Below, in pieces: positions 57,503 through 64,000 of a DNA stretch of 64,000 bases (its first letter is position 1; every line of letters begins with the position of its first letter). The position numbers were made by a program, and so were the translations under genes. The stretch comes from Cyanidioschyzon merolae. Its lineage: Eukaryota. The notes under the pieces were generated by a model that was given only the letters and a program-made list of their open reading frames with translations, ran no database searches and was not told where the DNA came from. The DNA lies in NCBI GenBank assembly GCA_000091205.1, contig AP006495.2. One strand, 5' to 3'.

Positions 57503-58110
57503 ATCCATACAATATCCTGCAGCAAGTTGGCGCATGCTTGAACTTCCGCTACACCGCCGTGGAACCAGAGTGCCCGTGCGAATGCATCGGACGCAGCTGC
57601 ACTACCGTCTGTCGTGCGATACATCAGGAACTCATCCTGAACCTCGATATCCATTCCTGCGACCACGGGTTCAACGAGATCCTCAGGGTTTTTTCGATTA
57701 TGAATAACCAAGGCATAACGCGGCTCCCGGTATCGCACCAAAAAGAGCGCACCTTCTCGATTCACACGTTGCCACCTCGAAAGCTGTACATCCAGGTCGA
57801 ACTCTACCACGTGACGTGCCGAGAACAGGATGCTTTCAATATTCGGATCCACAGATTGTCTAAGCGCCACGAGGCTCGCCTCCGTCGTTATGGCTTGTTC
57901 AGCAACACTCGTTAAGGAAGGAAGCGTCGACGGCGAGGGCAGCGGTGGCCGCGGTGGCGCTGTCACCGCTGCCCCCGTCACTCCAGCAAGTCCGTGCGCG
58001 CCGCTCCGCTCCCTGGCCGACGGCTTCTTTCGGTGCTTTACCATGACACCTGTCGCGTTTTCGGTGAACGAGAGCCCCCTCACAACCTTGAATCCTTCCT
58101 GCGCTTTCAA
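56755..58110 (-). CDS. DCP1: mRNA-decapping complex subunit DCP1-like (EVH1-type Dcp1 domain) with an internal polyQ tract
   Basis: LVALRQSVDPNIESILFSARHVVEFDL...EGALFLVRYREPRYALVIHNRKNPEDLVEPVVAGMDIEVQDEFLMYRT...ARALWFHGGVAEVQACANLL parallels DCP1 (EGTLFVYRRSASPYHGFTIVNRLNMHNLVEPVNKDLEFQLHEPFLLYRN...YSIWFYDKNDCHRIAKLM). A Q11 run is encoded by (GCT)n at 57470-57499. Confidence 0.65.
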
Positions 58111-58659
58111 GCTATCCCCCAGAGACGCTCGGGATCAAAAGCCTCGCCACCAGTGCACGCACTCAGCGTAACGTACTCGCTGCCACCATGGATCGCACAG
58201 GTAACCCTAGGCTAGCAAGCGCTCACTGGCACATCTGCGACGATCGATGGACGCGCGCTCGGCAGCCTCGCTGCGCGCAATCGCCAGAGCGGCGATCGAT
58301 GGGGCACGCATTTCGCGTCGCAGCACGATGTCTGTGTGCGCGTTTTCCGAGGCGCGTCTGGCGGGTGCAATGGCGCACGCTCGCCGCCGCCCTGCCTGGC
58401 ACTCGATCTGGTGATCGCGCTCGATACGCCGCACTGACTAGGGGACGGCGTGCATGCACGCATGCCGAGACAGTCAGGCGCATCCGCGGCATGCATCCGC
58501 GCGGATCCAGGAGCGAGCGCGTGCCGCTGGCGATCGCGGTGCGTGTGGTCGGTTGACTGCGGAATGGACCCGCCAGCGTCGCGGCATCCTACTCTTTTCG
58601 ATGACAGAACGTTCAGATAGACCATGGATCCCAGAATTCGGAATGAGTGTTAAGATTCA

Positions 58660-59200
58660 TGTAATTGTCCGCCATGATGCACCGTACTTCCAAGTTTCAT
58701 TACACATACTTTCTCTCGGATATGCTGGTCGCTTCGTATGTTCTATCGTGCGCCGAGTGCGTGCCGTCAGCGCCCGCCGTGGCACTTATACCACTGAAGC
58801 AGGTGCTGCACGGGGCCAGAGCGGCTCTGGCATACCAATGAGGGCGTCGGCTCGAGGCGTGGTTCATTCGACACGGAATCGGAGTACATAATCATTCTGG
58901 AAGCCTGCGACAGCGCGAACCGATCTACTAAGAGTCCACTGCAACCGGAGCGACGCCCAGACGCAGTAAAGCTGCGTCTAGTCCCAGAATGAACTGCGTT
59001 GCGGACGAGCTGCGCGGGTCTCGCCACAGTACCTGCCGCTGGAGGAAGCATGAAGCACGAGTCTTTCAGACTCGTCCGGCTCGCGGGACCTTCCGCCTAA
59101 AAGGTAAACTTTCGAAGATATGGAAACTTTTTCCCTTATTTTAACATTCATCGTACGTTATGTAGGGAACATCGATACGCACTCACAGAAGACTAGCCCG
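58660..59200 (+). repeat. Dispersed repeat R2, copy 3 (R2 part only)
   Basis: Aligns with 2110-2650. Examples are ttcgtatgttctatcgtgcgccg, ataccactgaagcagg, aatgagggcgtcggctcgagg, ttcgacacggaatcggag, agagtccactgcaaccgg and ggtaaactttcgaagatatggaaactttttccc. Confidence 0.55.
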
Positions 59201-59504
59201 CAGCATCCCAGGCTCAGGAAGGTCCGGCGGCTTGCACGAAGCGCTGGTTGGTGCGTGGCGACCTTGGCGATCCGCGTTGGGCGACAACGCAGCGCGCATG
59301 TGTTGTAAACGAGGCGAGCGGGACGTCCTTGGATGCGTTACGGGAACGTCGTCATCAGCCTGATCTGTTACGCAATGTGGTAGCGTGGCATATTGTTTTC
59401 GAACGAAGCCAGAGTGACCGCATCGTTCACATTCGACGCATGCATTCGCAGATAGCTGGGGCCCTGGTGTGTCAACCGCCTCACTACGGCATTTGCAGCA
59501 GCTT

Positions 59505-59518
59505 GCAGGCAGGCAGGT

Positions 59519-59552
<34 letters not shown>
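59505..59552. repeat. (CAGG)n microsatellite
   Basis: gcaggcaggcaggtaggcaggcaggcaggcaggcaggcaggcaggcagg. Confidence 0.9.
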
Positions 59553-59553
<1 letters not shown>

Positions 59554-62324
59554 TGAGCGTTGGATCGCTGCACGTGGCGCAGCAACACGTTCAGGCATTC
59601 TCGGAAGCGAGGTTTCAAAATTCTTTTCCTTCCAGCAGGCCGTGTTACATACACTGCGTCGAGCTTCAGTTTTGTTATCGCACGAATCTTTTATCGAAAG
59701 AGTCCGGAAGAATATGGACGGATGTGAGCCCCGTATCCGGAACACCCGTGAACTGTAGATTGACGTGCAGCTTCAAGTATCGGACAGCTAGAAGGGCGTT
59801 CGGCGAGCGAGAAGCCTTGCGAGCGCGCATGGCGCCGTTCATCTCATTTTTTGGAAGAGTCTGCAGGTTGATGTGTGTCACAAGGGAGGCCCTTACCATG
59901 GTATCAGCCTGATCTTTCCCCTCCGGCAGCTTTTCTTTCCCTGTAACCCATCGTCCTCTATTCAGGAGCATCTTTCTCTTCTTTGCAAGGTGCGCTCTTT
60001 CCTTCCTCATTTACTTGGCGCTGTGGCTTGGATACGTTTTCCAGACTCCATATCTGTTTTCTTCCGGGGAATTCAGACGCACAGGATGGAGAATACGACT
60101 GAAATTCGCCGATTCTGTTTATGCGTCAAAGATTTGTCAAATACATGTTCATCACCGTGTCCGTGGTGAGCGCACCAAGTAACTGGAGCGCACCTGTCTG
60201 CAACCGCCCGCGCACGAGCAAAGAAGCAAGAAACCTGTTCGGCACTGGAGAAGTGAAAGAAAGATGTGGCGAAAAACGATGCCACGGATGCAAACGACTC
60301 GTCCATTGATCGTTGAGCGTCGAACTAGGGTTTTACAACAGATAAGAGGCATTGGACTGGATTGAACCAGGTAGAACAGGCTGGCTCGAATAGCAGCTGA
60401 GCGCCAATCGCAGCTGGTTACTCGTTGCCCGCTTTTGACTGATGGAAACCCACGTCATCTAAGAGCGGAATAGCAGAGTGTGGAAAGCACGTACCACGAA
60501 GCATGCGTCGACGACGGATGAGGTATTCAAAGATGCCTCACAGTTGGCGATTTGGAAGCGGTCACATGATTGAATCCCCGTTGGCGTTCATGTTGTCATG
60601 ATGCTCGCTTTTCTCTCGTTTACGAACAGCGGTTTGCCGCTCTTTGAGCATTCACATGCAGTTCTACCATTTCTTCCGATTAGAGTCTGATCGTGTTAGA
60701 GGAACACCCGCCCATAGTTTAAAACGCTCTCGTGCTCATGGGAAATCGGTCTCATGTTGTTCAACGAGCGACGGTCTCCCACAGAGCCGAGGTTTTTTTC
60801 TACGTCTATTTCGAGTCTGCATGTAAGCGTTCATGTGAAAGGTACAGAAACTTTGTGTTTAATCGCTTTTTGGTGACATTTTTAGGGAATGTAAGAAGCG
60901 GAATGGACCGAGGAACAAACAGTGGCATAGATCGAGTTTGATTGCTTCAGTTTCCCGTGTACGACGTAAAGTGCAACGACTGTGGCATAGGCGGTTCATC
61001 CATCCGCCGACCATAGAATAACTGACTTTGACGAAAGAGACAGTATTTTCACAAGTTAGCCGCGACAGGGTAGAGTACATCAAATACCCACCTGGAGTCT
61101 ACAGGATATATCCATGTATTGAACAAGTGCGAGAAAAACGAACAAGACAAAAACGGCTTGCAGGTAGAGATGTTCTCAAATTCACTGTTTTAAATAGAAG
61201 AACTTGCGCTCCACCATATCAGAATAAAATGAAGCGGGTCTTCTGATACGGACGTATAGACTAGAGATTGGGTCGTTGCCCGATTTCATCGAAACCAGTC
61301 TTTGTGGACTTGTTTCGCAACTGTCTCATATTGCTCTCTTATTCCAAGCTTTGAATAGGGCTGGCTCCTTTGTTCCTCCAGCTCGATTCGTACTTAGAAT
61401 CAGGAGCTTCTTCTCGACCATCTTCTCAGCGAGTACGCTGTCAGCTGCATGCGCGAGCGCACATTGTACCATTTGATAGCGGACTTGTGCATCATGATGT
61501 TTTCCGTGATGAAACAAGTACGAGAATGAGTTTCCAGGTTGGATATTAATTGAAGATATTTCGATCCATTTACACTTGCTTCGGGCAAATCGTTGGTACA
61601 CGTTCCGCTGCAAGCGATTGCTGCGGTAACTCTAGACCGAGTGCAAGACCCTCGTCAATGCAAACAGGAGAGTCGGGAGCCTCTCCGAGCGGTATCCCGA
61701 AATGAGGTATCATGCTGGTACAAAATACCATTTCGTCAATGGTCAAATAGATATGAATCTTTGTCTTTCGAACGAAATCGGTGGTTTGCAGAGAGTCCTA
61801 CAGAGCACTTCCGGCATGATCTTGTGAGCAACTCGTCAAAGATTGACGTCGAGCGTTTACCTCTTCAGTCCTATGGCGCGAATCGCTGCGACTACGAGTT
61901 GTCTTGGAAATGGTGGACAGAAAATTTGGCGCATGCGCGATATGAGCATACAACAGGTATAAAACGGAGAAGAATCGCGGCTTTTTCATAAGAGTAAGAT
62001 ACCAATATCGATTGGGTTACGAACTTTTGCATACGTACGTCGCGAATCATCCTGACCCCAGTGACGGAACGAATGCCACGTGCAGTGTCGATAGAGCAGC
62101 CCCCCCCCCCAAAACGACAGGGAAACATCCGAAAACGACATATGAATCCGTACGCCCTCCTAGCCGAAAATGGGTTATCGAGGCTGTACATCCGAAAAAA
62201 AATGTCCGGAAAAAAAAAAAAAAACCTGGAACGGAGCGATCAGCCCAAAAATCCATAGGAATCTGAAACGACTGGACAATAGTTTCGCCAACTGCCTCGC
62301 CCCGAGTCCGCGACATACGCAGAA

Positions 62325-62325
62325 G

Positions 62326-62356
<31 letters not shown>

Positions 62357-62360
62357 ACAC
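62325..62360. repeat. (AC)n microsatellite with adjacent poly-C (62095-62104) and poly-A (62201-62224) runs
   Basis: cacacacacacacacacacacacagacacacac, seen directly in the sequence. Confidence 0.9.
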
Positions 62361-62406
62361 TCTTGGGGGTTTTGGGAGCGTTGAGGCCCCCAACGTGCCC
62401 TCTTGG

Positions 62407-64000
62407 ATGACGACTATGGAAAATGGCACCGCGAGTGCCACGGACCTGCGCAGTGTCGTCGAACAAGCCGCACGCGAAGATGCCCCAGTCACTACAGTCG
62501 TTGTTGCACTGGAAACTTTAGCGTACTGGTGCCATGGCCGAGGAAAACCGCTGCAATCACGTGTCGTTGATGCAGCGGATCGGGAGCTTTTTCTCACCTC
62601 CGGTGCGCTCACAGAGCTCCTGGAACTGGTTCTCTCGCGTTGCCCTCTGGCTGCCTTCGGAACGCGTGAGCGAGCGGCACTCAGTGTTGCATCCATGTTC
62701 CGCTTTGGGCCCGCTGGACAGGTAGTGCTCGCTGTGGACAGAGCGTTGCGACGGGTGCAGCGACTTGCGAGCGACCCTGTGGTGCGCGAACAGCGAGCAA
62801 AGTGGATTGCTTTCGAGTTATTCGAAAAGCATTTCGTGCGTGTTCCAGGGTGTCTCCTTGGGGCACTAGCTGGCGTGCGCTATCGTGCCACGGAACCACG
62901 TTGCCTTACCGTGGACCGTGAGGCAGACCCCGATACCGTTCTTCGGTCTCTGCTAGCCATGCCGGACATCGTCACGAACGTCCTTCAATGCGCACTCCCT
63001 GAGACGTGTACGCTACATCCACAGCGCTATCCGCACTGTCTCGCTTGGACGGTTACCGAATGGTTATTGACACTTTGTTCATCGCAGTACGCTTCGATGG
63101 GAGTAGAGAAGCAGCAGCTAATTTGGTTGACAAATGAAGCACTGGCTTCAAATGTTGTCGCAGAGGTTAGCGGCTCGCTCTCAGCGCTGGACCTGCACGA
63201 AGACGACACGACGTATGGAAGCGCAGTGATGCTGTCGATGCCGTCGCCACAAGACGCCTACGCTTTCGGTTCCAGTGCATTGGAGACGCTTATGGACATG
63301 GCGGGAAGACTCGGGAGGCATCTCTGTCGTCGAAGATGCATCACAGCCTGGTGTCAGGTTGCGATCCGAGCGTTGATCGCACTAGAGCGCCAGCTCAGTG
63401 CCTCACAGGCCGACTACTGGAAACGTTGTTGCATGGAGAGCTTCACTGCGTTGCCAGATCGCTATATTGCACCACTCATGGAGCAATTTGCCATTCTGGG
63501 ATGCAAGGGTCCAGATCAACATCAAGTGGCGGCGATTGCATATCTGGAGTATTTGTGTAGAACTCGAGATACTGCGGTGGCCTTTGTATCGAAAACACTT
63601 CCGTCATCGATGCCCAAGGCTACATCCATGCTATCACCTCTGGCGGCGCCCGGGGACCAGAGAATTCTCCTTTTCCTGTTACGCAGTTGCAGAGATGTGG
63701 TCGAGACGTCACACTGGAGAACAGCATTGACGCTCGCGCTCAAGCGTTGGATGCAAACCGCGCGGACGGCCGCGTTGTGGGCGGAGGATCTCCATATAAC
63801 TCGAATGCTTCTGTTCCTGGCGCAAGCGAGTTGTTCTGGTGACCCGGAGCATTCATGCTCCCGAACTGAATCGTGCGAATCATATGGAGTGGATTGGTTT
63901 GTGCTCTTGGGCGAAGGAGTCAAAGAACATCTCGCGGGAGCGCTGCCAGAGACGCATTTCCATGGAATGATCGTTGGCGAGACAGTATCGAGAATATGGG
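62407..64000 (+). CDS. Hypothetical protein, 3'-truncated by the window edge (at least 531 codons); absent from the supplied ORF track
   Basis: Manual frame-1 translation from ATG 62407 (MTTMENGTASATDLRSVVEQAAREDAPVTTVVVALETLAYWCHGRGKP...) runs to position 64000 without a stop. The same frame is open back to the stop at 62161. Leu/Ala/Cys-rich, possibly helical-repeat. No family recognised. Confidence 0.5.
   Translation, partial: MTTMENGTASATDLRSVVEQAAREDAPVTTVVVALETLAYWCHGRGKPLQSRVVDAADRELFLTSGALTELLELVLSRCPLAAFGTRERAALSVASMFRFGPAGQVVLAVDRALRRVQRLASDPVVREQRAKWIAFELFEKHFVRVPGCLLGALAGVRYRATEPRCLTVDREADPDTVLRSLLAMPDIVTNVLQCALPETCTLHPQRYPHCLAWTVTEWLLTLCSSQYASMGVEKQQLIWLTNEALASNVVAEVSGSLSALDLHEDDTTYGSAVMLSMPSPQDAYAFGSSALETLMDMAGRLGRHLCRRRCITAWCQVAIRALIALERQLSASQADYWKRCCMESFTALPDRYIAPLMEQFAILGCKGPDQHQVAAIAYLEYLCRTRDTAVAFVSKTLPSSMPKATSMLSPLAAPGDQRILLFLLRSCRDVVETSHWRTALTLALKRWMQTARTAALWAEDLHITRMLLFLAQASCSGDPEHSCSRTESCESYGVDWFVLLGEGVKEHLAGALPETHFHGMIVGETVSRIW

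Noticed and set aside
1-64000. Interpretation as a prokaryotic or viral operon-type system, or as a kinetoplastid polycistron
   Set aside because: Gene content is core eukaryotic nuclear: snRNP SmD3, DCP1, cyclin, DEK, F-box/LRR and a type II Golgi-like glycosyltransferase. Genes alternate strands with 0.4-4 kb spacers. No Shine-Dalgarno-linked tight operons are seen, and there are no unidirectional polycistronic clusters.

Overview
This 64-kb window looks like nuclear DNA from a GC-rich, gene-dense, intron-poor eukaryote, not a prokaryote. About 18 long uninterrupted ORFs alternate between strands, and most have clear eukaryotic housekeeping identities:
- a delta-9 acyl-CoA desaturase fused to cytochrome b5
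- a Prp43/DHX15-type DEAH-box helicase
- a GT61/EOGT-like glycosyltransferase
- a mitochondrial complex-I gamma-carbonic anhydrase
- a DEK-like SAP-domain protein
- an F-box/LRR protein
- L-2-hydroxyglutarate dehydrogenase
- SmD3
- alanine aminotransferase
- an LrgA/LrgB (PLGG1-like) transporter
- a citrate-synthase-like protein
- a cyclin-like protein
- DCP1
Intergenic spacers are 0.4 to 4 kb. The plant-type gamma-CA and the PLGG1-like transporter argue for a non-opisthokont, probably plastid-bearing lineage. The compactness, the GC content and a tRNA-Ala gene with an intervening sequence at a non-canonical position are reminiscent of cyanidiophyte-type red algae or other protists with ectopic tRNA introns; this is inference only.

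The non-genic part is more unusual. A roughly 1.3-kb dispersed repeat family (R1) occurs four times, always in the same orientation, at roughly 12 to 16 kb spacing (about 10.4, 26.5, 38.0 and 52.7 kb). A second composite element combines a roughly 550-bp repeat (R2) with an adjoining eroded ORF of about 1 kb (X). It occurs as a diverged inverted pair (2.1 to 3.9 kb and 16.9 to 18.8 kb) that brackets a 13-kb block of four housekeeping genes, and a third R2-only copy lies at 58.7 kb. There are also two minisatellites whose unit lengths are multiples of three (48 and 63 bp) and which generate phantom ORFs in every frame, a roughly 120-bp tandem repeat, a 147-bp duplication and several microsatellites.

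Other points of note:
- The citrate-synthase paralog appears to lack two of its catalytic histidines.
- A GGCT-like domain is fused to a membrane domain.
- DCP1 carries a polyQ tract.
- An ORF of at least 530 codons runs off the right edge and is absent from the supplied ORF track.

All functional assignments rest on by-eye motif recognition, without database searches.
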